A stretch of DNA of 61,468 bases, the filler included, from Circinaria calcarea (Eukaryota), in the NCBI GenBank assembly GCA_051942165.1. It is 8 parts of 8 records of this genome, joined end to end, with 100 filler letters (N's around TTAATTAATTAA, not from the genome) between each part and the next. Parts side by side here need not be neighbours in the genome. Positions count along the whole stretch, not along the records: positions 23,137 to 30,736 come from JAVECS010001285.1; positions 30,837 to 38,422 come from JAVECS010001286.1; 6 more parts are not named here. One strand, 5' to 3'. Below are positions 23,137-33,596 of this stretch, one piece after another (position 1 is the stretch's first letter; each line of letters begins with the position of its first letter). The notes under the pieces are model-generated. The model saw only the letters and a list, made by a program, of their open reading frames with translations. It did no database searches and had not been told where the DNA came from. A program made the translations under genes and the position numbers.

Positions 23137-24712
23137 GCCCATAATAGTGTGAGTACAGCGTAAGGTATCCTGAGTTCATCCCTTTTTAGCAACGGAAACA
23201 GTGTCCACGCTCCCAGTATATTTGCCCAGCCTATCCATGCTCTTGATTCCGGTCCTAGACCCTTATCGCTGGCCAACAGAGCCGTCATCGGTAGTAGAGG
23301 CAGGAGTATACTCTTTTCATGGACCTGGAATGAGCATAAGAAGAAACCCCAAGCGGAGCTTGCCATTGCCAAGGGGAGAAGCTCTTTCCGTGGAGCATGA
23401 GAAATCGTCATGCACGCTGGTAGAATAGCGATCAAGGTTGCTGAAAAGGATGTTCGTTGCAGCATAGGCATAGGAAAGTTGTTCAGTTTGTAGCCCGTGT
23501 GAATAACGCACCACAAATTTGCAACCTTGTCTTCAAAGATGCCCCGAGCAAAGGGGAAAATGCGGTGGAGAGATTGAGTCAGCTGTAGGAGAGGAGAGAA
23601 TATCCAGCTCCTGTTGTTGAACTTTATAGGGAGGAGATCGAGAATAGCGGGAGGTTTCGCGTCGATACTTAAAGAAGGGTTTCGGATATGCACGTACAGA
23701 GAGCCAAGAAGTAGCGGCGCGAACATAATCGCAAATGACGCAAGGGTAGTGGCGGAGATGGCAGTAAACCGAAGAGGGTTCGGTTTAGGATGTATACACA
23801 CGCCTAGCAAATAAGCAAACACGGCCGGCGCATAATATAGAGCCATCTGCTTGAAACATAATGCCGCCACGAAGAAGACACATCCCCAGAGGAGTCTACC
23901 AGCGATGATGCTGGACATGCTAGCGAGTACGAAACCTAGCATGACAGTATTATACTGAAAATGACCATGGTCAATTAAGATATTCGCCGGTTGCATAAGG
24001 ATTGCTACCAGTGCCACTGAGCTCTCCCACGCACTAACACTTCGTAGTCGTGAGAGTCGTCGAGTAAAGACAATAGTAGCGGGAATGTATATGAGGTACT
24101 CGGAGATTAAGACGGTCGATCGCATGTAAACTTTGAGGAGCTGGTTTTCCATTCCCCTTGAGGTATCTAGTGCGAACCAGCTCGGGTTAATTAGGGAACC
24201 ACTACAAGTACCATCAGCATAGGTTCACGTGCACCTTCTTGTGGTAGCTTCTTACATTTTCCCAAGAAGCCAGCTATGGTATGCAGTTAAAGGCGGGTAG
24301 TCGAGACCCCAGTATGGTAGGTCATAGAAGTACCATTGAGACATTGGTAAGTGGGCGGTGACTTCCATCCAATGTCTCTGAGCTTCAAAGTCGCCATACA
24401 GGGGGGGTTTTTGGAAGCCTAAGGCCTTGTTAGCTTCGAGGGTAGGATGTTCGGCTCAATTCGCGTACCTGAGTAACCCCAAAATCCTACTACCCACCTG
24501 AAGAGCCCTACCGCCATAAGTATCAGCGGTATTATAACCCATTGTGAAGTTGATTTCCGTGCAGGCCAGAAGAACGCTGCGAGCGGAAATGCTGGACTTG
24601 AGCTGTCTGAATTGGGAGTAGTTGTAACGGCGCCCTGGCTGGAATTGGCCAGTAGAGCATCCTGACCCTTCTTCTTCTTCCTCGACCGATGAGGAGAGGA
24701 AATAGAAGGCAT
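23137..24712 (-). CDS. ALG6: Dolichyl pyrophosphate Man9GlcNAc2 alpha-1,3-glucosyltransferase, 3'-truncated by the contig end
   Basis: ATG at 24712. Motifs [64 protein letters not shown] and [11 protein letters not shown]. Two introns. Confidence 0.95.
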
Positions 24713-25049
24713 CGCTTTTATAAACCAGTAGGCAATATGGTTAGCTGCATATAAGGAGTACGTGGTAAGGTAGACGTGTAAAGACCGTGAGCTGAATGCT
24801 AGCCTTATGGGATAAACGCGCTTCAAGTCTTGGCTTTATCAGCTCGTGCGGTTGAATAAGTTACTGTGGTACAAATCGAAGCTATCTTGAAGAAGTTAGT
24901 GTATGCGCTAGCTACCGATGGTCGAAGAAAGTTTTCTTTTCGACTCAGATCCCACAATCTTCTTACTCGTATCAACACCATCCTCTCAATCGATTTGAGC
25001 TTCACCTACTTCCATCAAACTCATTTCGTAGACTGCTCTGGGTCATATC

Positions 25050-25360
25050 ATTGTGGGCATCTATCAGTGGGCTTTTGCGGTCTTGACTGTGGGCTTTGAC
25101 ATTGAAAGGCTTATCTGTGGGCTATCTCTCGACTTCTCCATCGAGAATTGACAACTGTTCCTGTGAGCACAAACAAGAGACTGTGGGTTCTTGAGCATTC
25201 GCACGCTACTTTGAGCTACTTGGACATTTGTGTGTAAGCACATCTGTCTTGAGGGTTTTACCGTGGGCTTGTTGACTTTTGATACTTGTGGGTTGTCGGA
25301 AATTCTCGTGGGCTTGCCGCACAAGAGAATTCGATCATCGAATTCTCAAGTTCGCTTGAG
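25050..25360 (+). promoter_or_regulatory. Cluster of GTGGGY motifs plus two palindromes in the ALG6-NSR1 divergent region / NSR1 5' leader
   Basis: Eight GTGGG(C/T) copies in about 260 bp, all on one strand. GAGAATTCGAT-C-ATCGAATTCTC at 25325-25347 and CTCAAG-TTCG-CTTGAG at 25345-25360. Function is inferred only. Confidence 0.4.
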
Positions 25361-25508
25361 TTGAGTTAAAGGGTTAGTTCACATCATTATTTACACCTAG
25401 TACGTTGCCTCTGTACAACCGCACCCTGAGTTGAATGGCCTGCGTGAGCTAAACAATAAATCTTAAATCGCTAACAACCACGTCAGGTAAAGAGTGTGGG
25501 CATTCAAA

Positions 25509-27261
25509 ATGGCAAAGACCAAGACAGATAAATCAGCAAAGGCTGTCAAGGCTGACAAGGCCGGCAAGGACGCGCAGGTCAAGACGATTTCTGCTGTCAA
25601 GAAAGGCGCCATTACTAAACCATCCCAGACGCCCAAGGCCAAGAGTCAAGAAATTGCGAAGCAAGTTGCCGGAAAGGCAGCAAAAGCATCCAAGGCCGAG
25701 AAGAAGTCGAAGAAAGTCAAAGAACCGATTCGCGAGCCAAGTAGCGAGAGCGAAGAAGAAGCCAGCAGCGCTGGATCCGACAGTAGCGCTTCTGAATCTG
25801 AAGAAGAAGTTGCGAAACCCGTTGCTAAGGCAAATGGGAAGGTGAATGGCGCAACTAAACCGGTCGCTAAGGTAGATGCCGAGACATCGGAGTCCTCTTC
25901 GTCATCAGAGGAGAAGGATGAGCCTGTTGCCAAGAAAGAAGGTCCTGCTCCAGGCACGAAGAAGGCCGCTGCCGCCAAAGCTGAATCGGACAGCGAGGAA
26001 GATAGTGATGACAGCGAAAGCAGCGATGAGAGCGAGAGTGACGAAGAGGACGTTAAGGCTAAAGGGCCGGTTGACTCCAAGGCCTTGAACGGAGCGCTTC
26101 TCAAAGTTGCGAGCCAGGAAGTGGGTCGATTATTGACATGTTACTAGTATCGCGCTGACTTTACCTGTAGGTATCCTCGGAAGATTCCGACGGTGAAGAT
26201 GCATCCGCTGATGAGAACTCCAAATCTGGTGGAGCCTCGGCGGACTCAGACTCGTCTGAAGATGACAGTGAAGAAGAGGCTGCACCGAAAAAGCGCAAGG
26301 CTGAAACTACTGCTGCTCCTGTCTCTAAGAAGGCGAAAACTGAAGCTGCTGGAGGGGCAGCCGGAGGGATTAAGAATCTCTTCGTCGGCAGCTTGTCGTT
26401 CAATGTTGACGAAGACTGGCTCACACGGGAATTTGAAAAGTTTGGAGAGCTCTCTGGTGTTAGGATCATTATGGATAGAGATAGAGGCCGCTCTAAAGGG
26501 TCTGTATCTTCAGCCTCGTTTGAAGGTATTACGATGCTAATGGCATTATAGGTTTGGCTATGTCGAGTACGTCAACGCTGCAGATGCCGCAAAGGCACAC
26601 GATGCTATGAAGGGAAGCCAGATCGACAACCGTGAGATCAATGTAGACTTTGCTCAACCGCGGGGTGATGCAGATGGCGCCGGTGGATATCAGAACAAAG
26701 CCAATGATCGAGCTAAATCCTATGGTGATCAGCCAAGCGAGCCTAGCGATACTCTCTTCGTTGGAAACATCTCTTTTGAAGCTAACGAAGATATTATTGG
26801 AGAAGAATTCGGCAAACATGGTACTGTTCTTGGTGTTCGCTTGCCAACTGATCCGGACTCTGGAAATCCCAAGGGGTTTGGATATGTGCAGTATGGTTCC
26901 ATCGACGAGGCCAAGGTCGCCTACGAGAACATGAAAGGGGCGGCTATCTGTGGCCGTCCTATCCGTCTCGATTATGGTCGATCTCGTACTGACAGTGGTG
27001 ACTCTCCTCGTGGCGGTCGTGGAGGACGCGGCGGAGGGCGTGGATTCGGAGACCGTGGCCGTGGCCGTGGTGGGTTTGACCGCGGTGGACGTGGTGGAGG
27101 CCGTGGCCGGGGCGGCTTTGAGCGAGGAGGTCGCGGTGGCTCGCGAGGTGGACGTGGGGTACGTAGAGCTATCACTAGGCTTCCTTTTTGCTAACGAGTG
27201 ACAGGGCTCCACAAATCGTGGTGGCTTCGGGGACTTTCAAGGGAAGAAGATGACATTCTAA
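25509..27261 (+). CDS. NSR1: Nucleolin-like protein Nsr1/Gar2 (acidic-serine N-terminus, two RRMs, RGG tail)
   Basis: K/A-rich and S/E/D-rich N-terminus. RRM1 NLFVGSLSFNVDEDWL...SKG/FGYVEY; RRM2 TLFVGNISF...PKGFGYVQY; RGG repeats; ends FQGKKMTF with TAA at 27259-27261. Probable 5'UTR intron at 25400-25486. Confidence 0.93.
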
Positions 27262-28446
27262 GGAGCTGCATTCAACATGAAGCACCTTACCTTGGCTGCC
27301 CGCCGTAAGTACTGTCACAGCTGTAGCTTTGACAACATTCCGTTGTCTTATTTGGCTCCGTAGCATGGCGACTTGCGCTCTGTTTGTCTTCGAGGGTTGC
27401 CCACTCTGCTTACTCCTTTACAACCGGGGGACAGCTACGATTGATGTTCATAAAAGTTTTTGACACTGCTCTGTTTCTTTTACTTCGATAATTGGTAGAG
27501 ATGCCGGTTGGCTTAGCTAACGTGGCGATTGAATAGAGGTTGTATGCTTGTAAAATACAGTGAAATCGAGCTGTATCGATTCAATTGATGTCTCTGTAAT
27601 TACTGTAGATTGTCTCCTCGCTTGGATGACAAGAACGACAGCAGTGGTGGTGACGGCAAATATGACGATGGTGCATTCCCTGCATCAACCTAAGACTCGT
27701 CGAAGCTTTGGGTAAGGCTTCGAGAGGCATGAGGGGTGGGATGGAAGGAGGGGCGATGCAGCGACAGCAGCAAAGCGCAGCACACCACCAGCGCCATCAT
27801 CCGGACCCTGGATTTGCAGCGGCTCCCAGTTATTATCCAGGTCACGTTGCACTCCATCATCAACTACGGATCATCTTGGGGAATTTTCTATATTCCTTTC
27901 GAGTTTCGGGATCATCTTACCGGAATTTGGAATCCTCCAGCGAATATGCCATCTTGGTGACATGGTATTTGATTGTTTTTGCCGTTGCCCTTAATCTGAA
28001 CAATCTTCCCTTTGCGATACGGTCCAAAGGGTCCAATTTAGCGTCATCGCAGCCAACCCGCCGTGCCTCGTGCCCGATGCCAACAGCAGCGTCAACTTGC
28101 TCTCACGCCCGCCATGGCAGCTGCTGCGTGGCAGAAGTGACTTGACCTGCTGCGCTTGAAAGGTATCACTCTTGGGACATTACAACAATCCCACACGGTC
28201 GTCAGCGACCGGTAATGACCCAGTGGTCAGCGTCGTCCTCTCCTGATCACCTTGCACAACAGTGCTGTTGCCTGTCCCCGCCATCGAATTCCGCAAACAA
28301 AGGGCGGAGTGTGTGGTCAAGGCCTTGAATCAATCTTGCCTGTCCCAGATGAAATATCCGTCGAACGGCTGCTAGTTATCCACCGCAGCTCCATCGATTT
28401 CTGCCTGGATCATCAGCTCCGGATTTATATATTGGCTCACGACACC

Positions 28447-29823
28447 ATGCAACCCGCCAACCTCAATTTACTTGGGCAGACGCCCGAAGAAGATGCCAGG
28501 CAGAGCATGCGACCACCGCGCGATACACGTACGGCCGCCACTCCCATATTGACTGGAGTCAGAAGGTTGAGATCAGAAGGTATGTGCAGTCCCCGCTACC
28601 AGCGTTACGATCGAGACGATCTTCCCTCTACATTGATTCTGCACCATTGTTTACATCAGAGGCGTTTATTAACCCGGTTAAAAATGGAATACTTATACTC
28701 ACTCCAATACTGCACAGAGTCGTGGATCGAAGTGTCGTCGCAACCCTCGTCCTCCTCTCTCTCCTCTGCTGCGACAGATGAGCTCGTCACCACCGGACTT
28801 CGGGTTCAGCACAATCCCAATCCTCGTCGAAGAAGAAGACTGAACTCGAGTGTGCCCACACATGTCGATCTACCACCGAGGCCGACAAGTGCGGCAGGAA
28901 GTAGCCAGGAAGAATATGACGAAAGTGAAAGTGAATCGGACCGCATTATGAGCAGTTCAAACGAGGAACTCCTACCCGGTTTCCGTCGTGAATGCGACTT
29001 AGCAGCACCACGATCGACGAGCTCTGAAGACGCCCTCGTGGAAAGTGATGAAGACGAGAACTCGACGGCTCTCGGTATTACCTATGCTGAACCGGTTTTT
29101 ACTCCCCAGCCGAACGCCTTTTCTCATCCGCCATTATCGCAAGCTGCAAGACATGCGCAATCCACAAACATACCAGGGTCATACTTCCCTGCAATCAATT
29201 CGACGAGAGCAAGGCCGCAGCGTCACTCATATCCAAGTCAAAGAACGAGATCCCATACCCCGTATAATGTGATATCTCCATCGTACCAGGCGGACCATGA
29301 TGCTGCGCTCCGTGCAAGCTTATCTACTTTGCTCTCATGTGCTGCAGCTGCCAGAGGTTTACCGAAGCGAGAACAGTCTGTTCAACGCGGCGTAGGCCCT
29401 TCAAACAGGATCGAGCCATCCACATTGCAGATAGTTTCGGAATCCTCGATGGTGAAAGATGAAACGACAACGCGTCGAACAGCTGTCCGTCGCCTTTCCG
29501 AAACGTCGTCGAGTGCCATATCAATACAAAATAAGGGGAAACGGAAAGCCTCTTCACGAGATAGGCGCGAAACTAAAAAGAAAAGATCAGGTGCCATAGA
29601 TGAGATGATGATTAGCCCGACCCTCATGACTTGGGTGGTGAGTGCAGGAGTAGTGGTACTTTTCAGTGCGATCAGTTTTTCGGCTGGTTTTGCATATGGC
29701 AAGGAAGTGGGTATGGTTGAGGCTAGTTTGACTTCTGGAGGTGATGGGATGGCTTGTGGCAAGGAAATGGGGAGGTCAATTAGAAGGATGAGATGGACGC
29801 CGACCAGGACGGTAGCTGGTTGA
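28447..29823 (+). CDS. Fungal hypothetical protein, largely disordered, with a single C-terminal TM anchor and an N-terminal ESWIEV motif; intron 28580-28717
   Basis: The GTATGT...CACAG intron gives ...RSEESWIEVSSQPSSSSLSS. Also DHDAALRASLSTLLSCAAAARGLPK and TM WVVSAGVVVLFSAISFSAGFAYG. The start could be ATG 28447 or 28507. Confidence 0.75.
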   Translation: MQPANLNLLGQTPEEDARQSMRPPRDTRTAATPILTGVRRLRSEGMCSPRYQRYDRDDLPSTLILHHCLHQRRLLTRLKMEYLYSLQYCTESWIEVSSQPSSSSLSSAATDELVTTGLRVQHNPNPRRRRRLNSSVPTHVDLPPRPTSAAGSSQEEYDESESESDRIMSSSNEELLPGFRRECDLAAPRSTSSEDALVESDEDENSTALGITYAEPVFTPQPNAFSHPPLSQAARHAQSTNIPGSYFPAINSTRARPQRHSYPSQRTRSHTPYNVISPSYQADHDAALRASLSTLLSCAAAARGLPKREQSVQRGVGPSNRIEPSTLQIVSESSMVKDETTTRRTAVRRLSETSSSAISIQNKGKRKASSRDRRETKKKRSGAIDEMMISPTLMTWVVSAGVVVLFSAISFSAGFAYGKEVGMVEASLTSGGDGMACGKEMGRSIRRMRWTPTRTVAG

Positions 29824-30352
29824 AATGGGCTTTGGCGGCTAGGCCGGCTCATTGGGATCTGTGGGGTGACATGGCCCACCCTGATCACGCAATTATGGCG
29901 TTACAGTGGGCGACTCGGCGTTGGCCCGGACGGAATCGAAGATGAGGTGAACACATGAGATGTGATTGCATGGGAATGGGAATTTAGCATGGAGGCAAGG
30001 CAGGGTATCATTCGGCATGAGCTTATATGAAGCGGCGCTTCTTGACATCTACTTTGTCTAGGATATACGCTTTACTCAATCAATACTTGTTAGATCTCTC
30101 ACCTCGGTCCTGCCTATGGTATTATTCAATCGACTTGTTCCGGCATACGTCTATCTTATTCCGTAGTGCTATTCGGTATAGACTGCCCAGACCGAGATAG
30201 GTACCGTTAAGGCTCTAGTTACGCAGTATAAATTAGAGAATTTCCTATAGTTTGGCGCTTAGCGGCTATGCATAATTATTTGGGTCGCAAATCGAATTAT
30301 ATTACTAGCTACTAATAAATACCACGCCTACTTGGTTCCTAACTTGCTGACC

Positions 30353-30736
30353 ATGATTTGCTATCGCTGCCTCCATCACTTCCGACTCTCTCCATCTCCT
30401 CTGACCCGACTCCTCTCAACTACGACCCATCTCTCCTCAGGCGGCCCCCCGGCCCCAACCTCAGCCCGCGATCCTCCCTCTCACACCCACGAAGGCTCAC
30501 CTGTCGCAACTTCCACATCCGCGGCGCAACCTTTCTCCACGCCCTTCTCCCCGACTTCTGCTTCGGCACCGAAGAGACAGATTAAAAGCTCGGTCCCGGC
30601 GGGAACGCCCTTGAAGGGACTAGGGTATCTGAAAGGCAAGGAACCGCCGATTGCAAAGGAAGACGACGAGTATCCGGACTGGTTGTGGGGGCTTTTGGAC
30701 GAGAAAGCAGAAGGGGGTCAGGGGAAAGGTGAGGGT
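30353..30736 (+). CDS. MRPL37: Mitochondrial large ribosomal subunit protein mL54 (yeast Mrpl37), 3'-truncated
   Basis: Presequence-like N-terminus, then SSVPAGTPLKGLGYLKGKEPPIAKEDDEYPDWLWGLL. Confidence 0.88.
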
Positions 30737-30836
30737 NNNNNNNNNNNNNNNNNNNNNNNNNNNNNNNNNNNNNNNNNNNNTTAATTAATTAANNNNNNNN
30801 NNNNNNNNNNNNNNNNNNNNNNNNNNNNNNNNNNNN
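30737..30836. other. Artificial contig-joining spacer
   Basis: N44-TTAATTAATTAA-N44. Confidence 0.99.
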
Positions 30837-30979
30837 GGGGAATTAGTGTAGGGTGGTGGTGGTGAGGGAGGGTTCGTACCTTCATATTCGGGTTGGAGGT
30901 CTCTCTTGACGGCGGTGGCGATTGCAGAGGATTTGCCGCATACGATGACGGGAATGGGATTGGGATTGGTATTTGACAT
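30837..30979 (-). CDS. First exon of a small fungal hypothetical protein, truncated
   Basis: MSNTNPNPIPVIVCGKSSAIATAVKRDLQPEYE is followed by a GTACGA donor and a CTAAT branch site at the contig edge. Confidence 0.55.
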
Positions 30980-32079
30980 TGATGGGAGTGGGAGTGGGAG
31001 GAAAGGGAAAGGGGAGGGGGTTGGTAGTACTTTTGGAATGGATGGATGGATGATATTGAGGAGGCCGGTAGAGACGAATCAATCATAGGCTTTTTTTTTT
31101 CTGTCAGGATTTAAGAATGAAATAAAGGAGAGATGAGTTGGTCGGCAGGATAGTGTCTTTAAATACGGAGTACCAACGTACGATAGATGAACCTTGTGGC
31201 TATGGTAGGAACTTCTTCTTAGGGGGTAGGGGGGGGCTTTGTAAGCCTAAGCGGTACGAGAGTACCCTTTGTCGCGTAATAACTCCCCGGAGTACCGACA
31301 GATCAAATGCGAAAGGCCGAGTTACGGGAGAGCTGACAATTATTGACTTTTTCTCCAGATAATCAGTCAGCCTGGGACCGACCGGAGAATGTGAAGCAGT
31401 GAGAAAGTAGCGGGCTGGTTTTACAGCATGAAATTTAGTAATGATAGTCATTTGGGATCAACTTTAATAATCTTCGCCTACCATATTGGTAATGCGTCGG
31501 CATTGATCTAACCAGTATATTCCGAGGCCCGGACTCCGCGCACAGTGGTTCCCCTTGATACTCCGTAGTGTTTTGGCAATTGGGGTCCCATGTCTGAACG
31601 CCAAGAAAGATCGGAAAACATATGTAGTTACATATAGATTTGATTCTATCATAACAGTCGTCGAGGTGCTTATGACGGTTAGTAGAGTGTTGACCTTTTG
31701 ACGTGAAGGGACGGTTAACTGATGGTTATGAATTTCTACTCCATACCCTGGATGTAGGGTGATTACGGCGTCACATAGCATATCAGACTCACGCATGATA
31801 GGTATACCCATTGCTAATCTATGATCCTTTTCCAATCTTGTGTCCTGTTATCTCTCTGTCTGATTGCTCGAGCGGCATCCTACTCAGCCTTTCCGCTACC
31901 CCACCAGTTCTGCTGCATCATGCTTGTACCACCGAGCATTTCCCCACATAGCCTCCCAAAAACCCCACCGTCATCTCTTCTTTTTGCGTTTGCGGCACCC
32001 TTTCCAAGTTGTACGCCTCTCTATTTCTCCTGTATCTCGATTTAACCAATTGACCTCACTTCATCCCCCTCCTAAAAAA

Positions 32080-32757
32080 ATGGCTACCAACCTCGACGTC
32101 GACTTCTACGATAGCTTGGGCATACGATACGAAGAAGCATTCGGGCACGACGTCGGCCTGCAGCGCTTCATCCAAGAAGCCCTGGACATGCTTCCCCCCA
32201 CCGCCACGGTCCTCGACATCGGCTGCGGAACCGGGAAACCTACATCCGCCATGGTTACCGCCAGCGGGCGCCGCCTGCACGGCATCGACTTCTCCCCCGT
32301 CATGATCGAGCTGAGCCGCAAGCAAGTCCCCCTCGGTTCGTTCCAGCAAGTGAACATGCTTGAATACACGCCCCGGGAGCCCTTCGACGCCGCCTTTACC
32401 ATCTTCTCGATATTCCCACTCTCGCGAGAGGAGATTATAACCGTAGCGGCCAAATGGGCCGAATGGATCGTTCCCGGTGGTTTCCTCTTCATCGGGACGA
32501 TTGCGGCCGATGACGTTCCGACCGAACCGTCCATGTTTGATGCGGACGGGCAGTGCGCTCGGGGGGTGGAGAGTAGGTTTATGGGGAAGATAACAGAGGT
32601 CGTGCTGTATACCAGACACGGCTGGAAGACTTTACTGGAGCAAGTTGGCTTTGAGATTGTTCGGGCCACAATGACGCTCTTTGAGCCGCCTGCTGAGGCA
32701 CAGTGCGAGCCCGAAGCGCATTATTATATCGCTGCGCGGAAAGTCTCCAGTGCGTGA
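32080..32757 (+). CDS. Class I SAM-dependent methyltransferase (225 aa, intronless)
   Basis: Motif I VLDIGCGTG, GIDFSPVMIELSR, FDAAFTIFS and WIVPGGFLFIG. ATG at 32080. Confidence 0.9.
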   Translation: MATNLDVDFYDSLGIRYEEAFGHDVGLQRFIQEALDMLPPTATVLDIGCGTGKPTSAMVTASGRRLHGIDFSPVMIELSRKQVPLGSFQQVNMLEYTPREPFDAAFTIFSIFPLSREEIITVAAKWAEWIVPGGFLFIGTIAADDVPTEPSMFDADGQCARGVESRFMGKITEVVLYTRHGWKTLLEQVGFEIVRATMTLFEPPAEAQCEPEAHYYIAARKVSSA

Positions 32758-33596
32758 GGAAGAAGAGTATCAAAACCTTATCTGTTGGTTGAAAGACGGT
32801 GCATCCCATCTTAAGCATAACGTAGCGTAGTTCTGGCCCCAAGTATTTCTCTGCCCACGAAACGTAAGATAGCTACCCTAGTTAGTTAGACGCTCAATAC
32901 AAATAGTGGTTTTATCCTCTCGACCCTTACATCTTCCCTTCCGCCGTCTGCCCGGAATCGAAAGACTGGCAGGTCACCTGACTGGTTGAACATATGATTC
33001 TAAACGGGGGTTTGGGGAGAGGGCATAGATAGTGAATAGCGGAGTTTGGAAGTGGCAAGGGGGCAGGTGGGATGGAGCGAATGGCGACTTCGGGGCGGAG
33101 GCCATTTGTATGATAGAGGCATTTGATTGGGTAGATGAGGTTTCTCGTGGAGATTTAAGTGGCAGAGGGGGTTAGACACGGCGGTAAAGGAGGAAAGTGG
33201 ACAATGGGTTCATGGGAAGGAAGAAAAGTCCCCCTTCTGAATAGCGCTAGGGGGGTATAGACTACGTGAAACACGGAGTGGTTCACTCAAAGAAAGCTAA
33301 TAGCACGAGTCGGCACTTTGCTGCTGGAATATATGGCAGCGCTTGCAGCAATAGGTGAGATTTCTCAACGTCTTCAAGGTAAAAAGGGTTCTCTGCCGAT
33401 TCCAGAGACAATACAGCGAATCAGCGTGAACAACTCCCCACCGACGTACTACCTTGCTCCACCATTCCGTATATGTGCAGACCTTCCAGAGATTATGCAC
33501 CTGAACGCTTTCCGGTCTCCTATCCCCGAACCACCGGGTAGTTGTTTTTCTAGGGTAAACACCCGCCAATTCATAACGCTCAGCGTTGCGTACAGT

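Noticed and set aside
25372..25406. Possible stwintron (G|GTTAGT...AG|TACGT) in the NSR1 leader
   Set aside because: The internal intron would be only 28 nt, below normal fungal intron size.
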